Shown here: positions 26,068-36,333 of the stretch, one piece after another | Layout of the letters: each line of letters starts with the position of its first letter | How positions within the stretch are numbered: position 1 is the stretch's first letter | Notes under the pieces: model-generated | The model's database searches: none | The model's input: the letters and a program-made list of their open reading frames with translations, nothing else | What the model was told of the DNA's origin: nothing | Program-made: the position numbers and the translations under genes | NCBI GenBank assembly: GCA_051362555.1 | Contig: CM120646.1 | Span: 16,058,001-16,122,000, forward strand | Direction of reading: 5' to 3' | Source of the DNA: Lingula anatina | Lineage: Eukaryota; Animalia; Brachiopoda | DNA: 64,000 bases

Positions 26068-28559
26068 AATAAATAAATAAATAAACAAATAAATAAACAA
26101 GTAAAAAATAAAAAAATGAAGCATAATTTTTTCCGTCATAAAGCTTAGCCTACGACACTACTTTAGCATTCTACTGAGCAAGCTGAAGTTGCCCATCGAA
26201 TCAAAGTAAACGAGATAGTATAAAAAATAATTCCAAATAGGAAGAAACCATTAATGCATTCTCGCTGTCAGCCAGTTTAATTGTGCATTATCAATTTAGT
26301 TTTTACCGGGAACTTTACGTCTACATCGTTATGAACGCGTTTCACTGTTTGGTCGCCTGTAAAGAACGGACCTTTAGTAACCCTCGAAATAAATCCTCAA
26401 TTTCCTCAAACAAAAAGCGTCCTGTGTAAGAGTGCAAGTCCTGATGTGAACGTGACCAATGTGACATAATTCTACCGACTATCGCCAGACCTACACAGAA
26501 AGACCATTGCACACAATGTTTTAAACCACAGTAAATAATACGGATTTATTGCAAGAAGGAATGTCGAGTAGTTAAGCGCTCTGCTTTATACAAATATACA
26601 TGCATTTAGTTTTACCATTAAGAGGGAGTCTGATTTCAACGCCAACTGTTAAGGCAGGGATATCCCTGTAGGGATTTTCTCATCGCTTGCTGTTCTAATT
26701 GCCAGTCAACGAGGCTTTCATTTACGGCTATTACTACCTGAATGCACATTTTTCTTGATTAATTTCACCTTTTATGTTCTTATACACATTATATCCACTT
26801 CGATATCACGGTTAATAAGGCAGCATGGTTTGTACGTAACATGTGGTTAAAATTTATATGCAGGTTAAAGGAAGTTTTTAAATGTTATACTGGATTTTCA
26901 ATTTTTGTCTAGTTGACGACGTTGCGTCTGTCTCGGAGACTTAACTGTGTTACTGAGATTACAGATTACGCAACAAGACTGAGAAAAGTTCACCTGTATT
27001 TTCAGTAGACCTACTGAAGTCTCCGAGAGGGAAAGGCAACATCGTGACCTAAACTAATATTATACGTCCAGTATAAAAAAATGCTTTATGTGATGCACGA
27101 CTGGATGACTATTATACATACAATTGTGAACAGATTAATTTTCTGTTGGTTTGTCATAATTCATGAGTGAACCTTATATTCACCATTTTTAAGGCTTTTG
27201 ATAAGCAATTAAAATATTCTAGCTCTCTTTGTAAGGAGCATTGAGATTATAATGGTATTCCCCCTAAAAATAAATTATTATTGTAATTATTATTATCTGA
27301 TTTGAAAGACCAAATCTATGAGCATTTTTAAATTAAAATTTGAACTGAACCCTACGCTTATATATTGCAATAACCCGTAAAATTTCGACACGTTATGAAA
27401 TAATTTAAAAGTTACGTTTATTTAAGTTAATTTAAGCTTGGCTTCAGGATTAAATTCGATAGAAAATACGTCATATTTCCCCGTTGTCATGGAGACGATC
27501 AAGTTTGGTCAAAGACGTCCGACTAGACCCTGGGTGTGGTGCCGATATCGATAACGGTAATATTTTTGGGCCTTGTATTTTATCACATTCAATTTGGGTA
27601 CGCGTTCCTTTTTCGGATAAAAGAATATGCCTCTGATTGTATTTTATCTCCATTTGTATGATGTCGCTTTGGATATGTTGATGTCTACATGTATATACAG
27701 TGCTATCAATCGATAGCTAAACGGCACCACACTCCTCCTAACAACGGGAGTGGATGCCTTTATTACTTTGAGTATTACCGCTTTCTCGTTTCGCTGGGTA
27801 ACAATGTCCCAAAGCTCAATATTTTTCATACTTCAACTTGTACTTGCCCTACTTAATATTACCAACAATTAACATCTAAATGTAAGTTGATTACATCTGG
27901 GCTATTTTAAGGGCGGGAGAAATATAACATGTATTCACTAAAAAGGTATCATTGAAAAATTGTTGAAAATTTTGTTATATAACTGTTGTGCAATTTGAAG
28001 TATTATTAATACCGTGACATGATCCACGATCATGAATATCCCATCAAAAACTTGTTTTGAGTGTGTTTTTAATAGGGATGTGCTATAGAAGTGTAGATAT
28101 TAACGATAGCGTAAGAATCATTGTCCAATAAATAGTATGCAACCCTTTTGAAAATCGCCCCATTTACATATTCAGCAGACTATCAATTAATTTTAAGAAA
28201 TGTATTGCGCGTCGAAAAGCCAAAGGCTGGAAATGGCAGATACATGAGAGGAAGAAGCAATCTACCATCAAATTTTGTTGTGGTTTGGAACGAAAATACC
28301 GAAAAAAAGGAGGTTAAAACCTCTCGTAGAACATTAGCATATCAAAATGAATCCCCTCATCTCACTCAACCATATTAAGTCTCTATTTTAATGGAAGTTC
28401 TCACAGAGCTTACATAATTTTTATAATGAAAAATTAATTAAAATAAACGTTACCGGAAAACGTTATGTCGGTCGCTTGGTTTGCTGCTCCTTGAACAAAC
28501 ACAATTCCCGTGAAAAAACACACAATAATCTCCCATCTCTGCAACCAGGTAATTGTCAT
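250..28559 (-). CDS. Giant MUC4-like mucin (signal peptide, ~5,100-aa Thr-rich region, NIDO, AMOP, VWD); 3'-partial, continues beyond left edge
   Basis: Phase-consistent GT-AG exons read by eye: 28454-28559 (MTITWLQRWEIIVCFFTGIVFVQGAA signal peptide), 6448-22013, 5966-6130 (ICDNG...VAPFWS), 5557-5665, 5206-5357 (WVLVVTW), 4750-4843 (VNHFQAVLATDG, NIDO), 4206-4373 (AGFSAGDG), 3500-3668 (CYKWW...CPC, AMOP), 3148-3310 (QMCCY), 2786-2906 (CC...C..YY..RP..C..Y), 2496-2630 (WGDPH...LDG..YTFNGQGEF, VWD), 1905-2164, 1470-1638 (TRGLVGVMNGD..DDF), 736-1002 (C.FD..TG), 250-479 (NFPP). The link from the signal exon to the giant exon is phase-compatible but less certain. Confidence 0.88.
1296..1414. repeat. 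Compound microsatellite (CT)n ... (GT)n(GA)n in mucin intron
   Basis: Directly visible dinucleotide runs. Confidence 0.9.
6448..22013 (-). CDS. Single 15,566-bp coding exon: Thr/Ser/Asp/Ala/Glu-rich mucin domain plus start of the NIDO-associated region (LYPFG..AGD)
   Basis: Uninterrupted 5201-aa ORF in the track; acceptor aatacag|AT at 22014 and donor CAC|gtaagg at 6447 bound it in phase with neighbouring exons. Confidence 0.9.
6900..21000 (-). repeat. Coding tandem repeat array: ~33-bp (11-aa, S-x-x-TTDA-x-TTT) base unit, 66-bp and 246-bp higher-order units, and a 1179-bp tandem duplication
   Basis: 66-bp period at 16499/16565/16631; anchor motif tgttgaaatgga at 16969, 17281, 17527, 17773, 18151, 18463 (spacings 246 + n x 66); antisense ORF pairs 12944/14123 and 13337/14516 are offset by exactly 1179. 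Confidence 0.9.
22116..22156. repeat. (TTTA)n microsatellite
   Basis: Directly visible. Confidence 0.85.
22620..23590 (-). mobile_element. Decayed Tc1-family DDE transposase (fossil) in mucin intron
   Basis: Minus-strand translation through stops gives FFIEVRFHL*...RVYR.PEE.Y...SVSIWSRF..GAKTPMVVIDENLN...LHDEVAGSHRA...LPWSSKSPHLNHIDN...MPCRLRAL, matching the Tc1 consensus FSDESRF / SVMVWG / QDNA.PHRA / WP..SPDLNPIEN / MPRR. Termini not resolved. Confidence 0.8.
25809..25906 (-). mobile_element. 3'-end fragment of a LINE/SINE-type retroposon with ATACAT target-site duplication
   Basis: Minus strand ends in tgtaaagtgcattg...gcgctatataagaaataaatattattattatt; flanked by atacat at 25803-25808 and 25907-25912; an uninterrupted copy of the flanks lies at 28225-28280. 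Confidence 0.65.
26008..26100. repeat. (AAT)n(AAAT)n microsatellite
   Basis: Directly visible. Confidence 0.9.
26885..27076. mobile_element. MITE-like element with ~58-bp imperfect terminal inverted repeats
   Basis: ttatactgga (26885) pairs with tccagtataa (27067-27076); tctcggagactt (26931-26942) pairs with aagtctccgaga (27017-27028); no coding capacity. Confidence 0.55.
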
Positions 28560-31272
28560 TATTGAACTGAAAATACTAAATCCACTGCCTCTAAGGCCGC
28601 CGGTGTAATTCTCATTAAAGACAGGAATGGTGTCGGAGATTAATTCAATGGATTGCGGTGTTAAGCACGCAGACGATGGCTACTTTCTGCCCCAAGATTC
28701 AATCACGGCATACTTTAATCTCGGCGACTGTGATCCGAGCGACATCAGCGTAGTGAAAACATGCGCGCCGTACACTTTACTGGCAGCGGGTCTCATTACG
28801 AACACTTCATTTCAAATGATTATCTTTATTTCAAACCAAATACAAATTAATGAAACTGGATGTATATCAAATAGTGGTCATTTCATTATTAAATATTTAC
28901 AAAAATCTTGAAACCAAAATGACCACTTAGATCTCTGGCTGAAGGCGACTCACTTGACTGTATTTCGATCATTATCAAATATTTGTCTTTATTCAGAATA
29001 AATATATGACTGTGCGAGTTGTTTGATAAACTGCAGCTAACTTTTTAAAACCGTGTTATTTTTTTTTACCTTATATGTATGCGGAGAGAGACGAGTGCAA
29101 GCCTAAATCAAAGCAGCTCGTTTATTTTTTAATTTTAAATTATGAATCAATATAAGAAAAAACATGCAATATGACGGGTGCATAATGAATCACAATAATC
29201 GGACATGACATTGAGTCAAATGACTGGGTAAAGTTAACGTATATATGCAAATGGTTTCATTGTATTACAAGCATCTAACACAATGTGACGAATATAGATT
29301 AATGAACGCTTTTATTTAATCGGAGTATTGATCAATTCGAACATTAAACCCGTGAAAGAGCAAATATGTTTAGGGAATTCCGTAGGCGGTTGATCAAAGA
29401 CACCTACATCTAGTGCCACACGTGACCTTAATGCTGCTCCATCTGTCGGCTGTCACTGAAACTAGTATTCACTTGAATCACTGGGTATTGAAATACTTAA
29501 TAAAATCCATGCATTTGTGAACGACGGTGTTTCCACGAACGAAAAGAGATAGAGAGGGGGAAAAGAAGTTATTTACCACATATTTCGTCAGAAAGTCAAA
29601 AATGACCATATTATTGGAATCTTCAATCAAGTGGCGTATATTTGTGAGTTAAAAATATTTTCAGCAAAGTTTTGACGTACACTGAACATGGCTGTTCCCT
29701 TTCCGAGCACATTATTCTTTCTTTTGGGAATGTGATCTAAGAATGCAATACAGAAGTGACATCCAAAACATGGTGTATTCCTACCTGTTGTGCAATAGAC
29801 TGTATTTCGTCAGAGCTTAAGAGAAAACAACAAGAGAAATAGGCCCACTCATTAGTCTGCCATTTTTACCGACCCCAACCTCCGCCAAATTCCACGAGAC
29901 TTTGAGCTATCTCGGATGATTCCCATGATGCTGAATTTGAAGTTGAGTAATTTTTATCTCTATCTTTCTCCAGTATCATTTCCTTTCCATGTGCTGTATG
30001 TTAGAATCATTATTCAAAAGCAAGATAGATCTGACAGACAAATCAAAATTATTTTTAAAAATTCGCTCTTACTGGTTTGTAAATTAAATATAAAAGAACT
30101 ACCCAAGGATAAAACTTTCAAGATTCAAGTCTTCATTTTTTTGTTTTTGTTTTTTTAATAAACTGAGCCATTAATCAGTGAGAAAAACATCTGCATTTCA
30201 AAACATATGTGCTATTTCAAATGCATTGCATCTCAAGGGACTACGCATGCTTGAACTGTACATTGCCCAGATTTGTCGTAACTTGAATCCTTTCATCCTT
30301 CTACTTTTTCTCGATTTCTGGCATCTTTGTTTACAGCAATAACTGTGACTAAAAACTAGTGTTACGTCACTCTTCGTATCTCTGTGGCGGCATTTCTGCA
30401 CAATATTGCAAGATTAAGGGATACTGGTACCTGTATATTCCAAAACAACGTATCTAATATGTATGCAGTTTATAATGTGTCTGACGCAAAATAATACGTT
30501 GGTGTGACTAATTGCCTCTCTTTTAATATTTGTATCGGTCACGACGAAAAAGGCCGCCTTATACTATGTACATAAAATATTTGGCCGAAAAAGTTACATA
30601 AGAGAGTCATCACAATATCAATTAACATAAATATTAAATGACAAGATGATGTTCATCAAAAATATTAATAGCACATATTTTCTGTCTATCATTTTGTAGA
30701 AAAGAGATCATTTATGTCAGTCATTTGACGAGAGAAGAGAAAGGACTTTTCTGTGACGGCTACATTTACGTATAATTTTGGGGCACATTGTCCCGTAACT
30801 GACGTGTAACGCATTCAAGGTAAGAGAGGGCTATGAAAACAGAATAGACTGACAGACGTTTGGTTCGTCTAAACTGATAAAGGGCATTTTCTTCAATTTA
30901 CAAATCCCTAACAATAATGATATAGTTAATATTTAGAAACGTGTGTGAACAAGCGTAATGTCCGGATCTAACAGAGCCTAAAAGATAATTAAATCATTGG
31001 CTTAGAAGTAGTTGTGGAATTTTATTATTACACTATGTATAGCCAGCAGAATACACGTACTAAAATATATAACTTCAAATTGTAATTGCTCAAGCTACAC
31101 CGTCTGCAAAAGTGCCCGAATTGTAACCTTAATTTCTGTAAAATACGATTGGATGATTAATCTTCACAGTGATGTTAAGGGCTCAACAATCTTACTAAAA
31201 AAATCACACTGTATGTACTATCACGTTAATTTATAGCTATATGTTTCCCTCTCTCGCCTGCAGAAGTCGACG

Positions 31273-33176
31273 ATGACGACCCTGACAAATATTTGTCTCA
31301 TAGCTGCTATTGGTGTCCTGTCATGTGACGCAGCTTCGATCCCTCTCTGTGAGTATCTATACAAATATGATTTAATTCGTCAATTATTACTCATAAAAAT
31401 ACCGTTCTACGGCTTATAATGTGCTCTGTAAAAGTAAAAGTCAAGTCATTACCGATTAGCTAATCTGGTCCTTCCTGATGTTGATATTATCTTTATCTCA
31501 GTCTGGATGTTAGAGTTTACTGGCAACTTATCTTCAATATCGGCACGCCTCCGCGATTCCAGTACAACCTACACATGCTACCGAAACCTGCATGCTTGTA
31601 ATGGCGACAAGTTTCCAAGCTTTGAAATCATGGTATTGCACGCACTATTGCTCTACTCACATGGTATTGCTCTACTTTAAATCAGAGCATTATGTACTGC
31701 ATATCTGAAATATATCATTCTCATTGAGATTTGCGCAGATCCCGTTTAAATGATGTAAGACAAACCGATACTGTTGTCGTAGCAGTCGAAACAACTGCCG
31801 CTCCAGAGGCAGAAACTACTGCCGCTACAGCCGTAGAAACCACTACCGGATCAGTTGCCGAAACTACGACCGCTTCAGCAGTAGAAACTACTGCCGGTGC
31901 AGCCGCAGAAACCACCGCCGCTTCAGCAGTAGAAACTACTGCCGATTCAGACGTCGAAGCTACTGCTGCTTCAGCCGTAGAAACTACTGCCGGTTCTGCC
32001 GTAGAAACCACTGCTGCTTCAGCCGCAGAAACCACTGCCGGTTCTGCCGTAGAAACCACTGCTGCTTCAGCCGCAGAAACCACTGCCGGTTTTGACGTAA
32101 AAACCACTGCTGCTTCTGCCGTAGAAAGCACTGCCGGTTCTGTCGTAGAAGCCACTGCCGGTTCTGCCATACAAACCACTGCCGCTTCAGCCGTAGAAAC
32201 CACTGCTGGTTCTGCCGTAGAAACCACTGCTGCTACAGCCGTAGAAACCACTGTGGCCTCAGCCGCAGAAAGCACTGCCGGTTCTGCCGTAGAAACCACT
32301 GCTGCCTCAGCCGTAGAAACCACTGCCGGTTCTGCCGTAGAAACCACTGCTGCTTCAGCCGTAGAAACCACTGCCGGTTCTGCCGTAGAAACCACTGCCG
32401 GTTCTGCCGTAGAAACCACTGCTGCTTCAGCCGTAGAAACCACTGCCGGTTCTGCCGTACAAACCACTGCTGCTTCAGCCGTAGAAACCACTGCCGGTTC
32501 TGCCGTAGAAACCACTGCTGCTTCAGCCGTAGAAACCACTGCCGGTTCTGCCGTAGAAACCACTGCCGGTTCTGCCGTAGAAACCACTGCCGGTTCTGCC
32601 GTAGAAACCACTGCTGCTTCAGCCGTAGAAACCACTGCCGGTTCTGCCGTACAAACCACTGCTGCTTCAGCCGTAGAAACCACTGCCGGTTCTGCCGTAG
32701 AAACCACTGCTGCTTCAGCCGTAGAAACCACTGCCGGTTCAGCCGTAGAAACCACTGCCGGTTCTGCCGTAGAAACCACTGCCGCTTCAGCCGTAGAAAC
32801 CACTGCCGGTTCTGCCGTAGAAACCACTGCCGGTTCTGCCGTAGAAACCACTGCTGCTTCAGCCGTAGAAACCACTGCTGGTTCTGCCGTAGAAATCACT
32901 GCTGCTTCAGCCGCAGAAACCACTGCTGCTTCAGCCGTAGAAACCACTGCCGGTTCTGCTGTAGAAACCACTGCTGCTTCAGTCGTAGAAACCACTGCCG
33001 GTTCTGCCGTAGAAACCACTGCTGCTTCAGCCGCAGAAACCACTGCTGCTTCAGTCGTAGAAACCACTGCCGGTTCTGCCGTAGAAACCACTGCTGCTTC
33101 AGCCGCAGAAACCACTGCTGCTTCAGCCGTAGAAACCACTGCCGCTTCAGCGGAAGAAACTACTCCTGTGCGCTAA
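31273..33176 (+). CDS. Secreted low-complexity Ala/Thr/Val/Glu/Ser-rich octapeptide-repeat protein (mucin-like, no globular domain), ~490-510 aa
   Basis: Exon 31273-31348 encodes the signal peptide MTTLTNICLIAAIGVLSCDAASIPL, preceded by a good acceptor (ctcgcctgcag) and ending T|gtgagt (phase 1). Phase-compatible acceptors for the repeat exon lie at 31783 (tgttgtcgtag) or 31729 (cattgag); stop at 33174-33176; AATAAA at 33389. Exact acceptor unresolved. Confidence 0.78.
31783..33170 (+). repeat. 24-bp coding tandem repeat, ~58 units, (G/A)SAVETTA
   Basis: gccgtagaaaccactgc recurs every 24 bp. Confidence 0.95.
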
Positions 33177-34465
33177 TCTGCAGTGTTATTCCAAACCGGC
33201 TTTCATTCCCTCTCCAAAATCCTAAATTGCATATCTTATTGACAGAGGTAGCAGTTCACAAACACCATGGGTTATTACACAATGCAGGAAAAACGTTTCA
33301 TTTTAATACTCAGTTTTGAACTCGACTACTAATTTTTTCCACAAACAACATCCCCGGGACGCCACATACAAGTGTTTCAGTAATTTTAAATAAATTAGCT
33401 TTCACGCCTGCTAGCAACTCTCTACCAGAGTTAATGCTATTTTTTCTCTAGCTTTTCACAGATATTTCGCTGGTTATTCACTAGCTGTGCACACATTTGT
33501 CCAGTACAAACCTTTTCCACAACATTGATGCCATCATTCTGTCTGGCTTCATGTAGATTGTAAGACTTACACATGCTAAACTTTTCGCGGCTGAGGACTT
33601 TTCGTTTTTAATTCACGTTCTTCGATCTGTGCCTCTACCATTTACCACATACTGGATGTTATTGACAATATATGTAATGCATTTTGAGTCAACCGGTTTG
33701 GTTTTAGTGATGTAAGGACTCCATTAGAACACTGTTGACTCGTTTACTTTCCGAGTTCTTTTGACATCCTAAAAAGAGCGTATTGGAATAAGGTCCCATC
33801 TACAAAGACCTGTGTCGTACATTTGGTAGAGTGCGTTCATACAACTTGCGTAGTAAAACGACCAAAGTGAACACTTTAACAGAAAAACTTAATACTAGAA
33901 ACTGGTCTGAATTTGAAGACCATAGGTTTGATCCATTTTAAGATAACATGAAAAAATGCTGCCCTTTACTATTAGCCGTTTCTTTCTTTTTATAAAAACA
34001 AACCAATATGTCATTTCATTTGTCTACTGTTGATTCAAGCTAGGTGAGAGCGGACTAAATATTTCGGTCTTAACTCATTTTGGGAAACGGGTCATTGACT
34101 GAAAACAAAATCAAAAGGCATCAACGTTCATATAGCGAATAACTCGCAGAGAATTTAATTTTTTTCGACTACAGCATTTTATCAATGATATAAACTAAAC
34201 ACAATCTTCTTCAATATATGATACGGTTTATTTTACGTTTGGCATAATCACAGATACACTTTCCCCTTGCTCAAAATATTACAATGTTTGCTTCGAATTT
34301 CTGGCTTAGAAAATGTTTTCATCCTAACAATTAATAAAACGGCCATTATGGCACTTGAATCCTTAAAAGTTTAAACTTTTCAAGTGATTCACTATTTCAA
34401 ATCGCTCAAATCATTTTTACAAATCAAACACCAAGCTCAGTCCTTCCATTTAAGTACGTCTCATG

Positions 34466-36292
34466 TCAGGATTCATAGTTTTCAGTTTGCATATCGTTCA
34501 GTCCTAAGATTTCATTCTGATCGTAATTCCTGTCATAGTGTTCCACCGTCATCTCTGGGTCTGGCTCTGGAGCATACACATTCTGTGGAGAAATAAACCA
34601 AAGAGGGCATCATGAGACAGCATCACATCTTCAGAAATTATACGGAATCCAATATCATAATGAAGCCACCAAGATGGACTCCCTCTCGCAACCCCCCACC
34701 CAAAAAATAAATAAATAAATAAATAATAAAGTTAATTTGTTTATTAAGCAAAAATGATTTATGTTCATTATATTTCATTTATGATATAAAAAATCACGAC
34801 AGAGTGAATTAGAGAGACAGTCCTGACGATGTATCTACAGTTACTTTTTTGTTGGATTGAATGAAGTGAAACTTTTTTAACCACAAAATTAATCCAACAT
34901 GCTCAAAATAAAAATAAAATATTGTTATATCTCAATAGAAGTAACATAATACTGACAAGAGTTCACTCTCTTTGGTCTGGAATGTATTCCGTAGACTATC
35001 ATATTAATTGTTCCCAGTTGGGTTATTAAATACTGGGCCTTTGCCACCATGCTAATTTTTTATATAAGCTGGTTATAAATATCCTTTAATAAATTAATCA
35101 CTGGTAATTTCTTGTCTCTATGAACGTTTTTCAGAAATTGGCAAAATCAAAAGCACAAACATGATGAATATCTCCATCATGAACCCAGTGGAAGAATTAT
35201 TCCACTTACCTGAATGTAACTATTACCAGCAGGGTCATCCAAAATAACGTGCACACCTAACCTCTTGCCACTTATGATCTACAATGTACAAAAATAAGTC
35301 CCATTTCTGCTGCAGAGACTGTGCATCCCTATTATTAGCTTTAAACATGAAAGCCACATGACTGACTACTGGATTTGACATTTAGAAACTAAGTGATACT
35401 AGATTCTTCACAGAGACAAGGCTAATCAGGACTAGTGGGCATTTCAAGTAATTTTTCGATCATCTACAGACTTCAAAAAAGTGGTTTTGGGACCACTTGT
35501 CCCAGTGACCAATGGACTAAATAGTCTAAGGCACAGTCTGGACAATACAAATCAATATATATCTTATTTAGAGAAAATTTTAGAGAAGTCTGGCAGACAC
35601 TCTTCAGTCTTGCTTTGTGCTGTGGTTGATTTTTATACTTTCAAGAACTCACCTCTTCCAGCCTGGCACAAAATTCCTGCACCTTGGTCCTAGTGTCAGA
35701 CTGTGAACTATCTCCTGATATAAAGGGATTTTCTTCTCCTAGCTGAAAAGGTTATATCCAATTTTAAATTAAGTGTTTTGTCTTTTCATTCATTTAATAC
35801 AGGTTTGTATCAAATTAATTTGAATGAATGAAAAACTGCATATTCCTTGTAAAGAATATCTACAGAAACAATTCAGACTAGAATATAAGAGGTAATACTG
35901 CCTCCTGGGTAGGTACCACCAGCTGGATTAGGTAATTAAAGGGATCACCTTAATAAATGTAAAATAATTAAAACAAGCTATGCAGACTTTTCGATGCTGG
36001 CATATAATACCTGATGCAAATATCAAAATATAACTTAGGCAGCACAAGCTAGCACCAACTTATAGTTTATAAAATACAGTAGTTACCCCTAAACCAAGAA
36101 CTGGAAAAAGGGGATCAACCCAGAGTTTAGCTTGTTCTTCTTTTTCAATTTCTGTTATAACTTTAACCTTTTACCTTGACATGTGAAAAGAAATAAATTG
36201 TTATTTGAGAGACTGAGTATGCTGCCCAAAAGTTTTTTGTTTACATGTACACTGTCTTTTCAATTTGTTAAGTCTCTCTCTCTCTCTCTCTT

Positions 36293-36333
<41 letters not shown>

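Noticed and set aside
27471-27829. Two short minus-strand ORFs as possible mucin exons
   Set aside because: The phase-compatible frame hits a stop; no convincing donor or homology.
31721-33139. 472-aa minus-strand VVSTAEPA ORF
   Set aside because: Antisense of the 24-bp repeat; the plus strand has the signal-peptide exon, stop codon and poly(A) signal.
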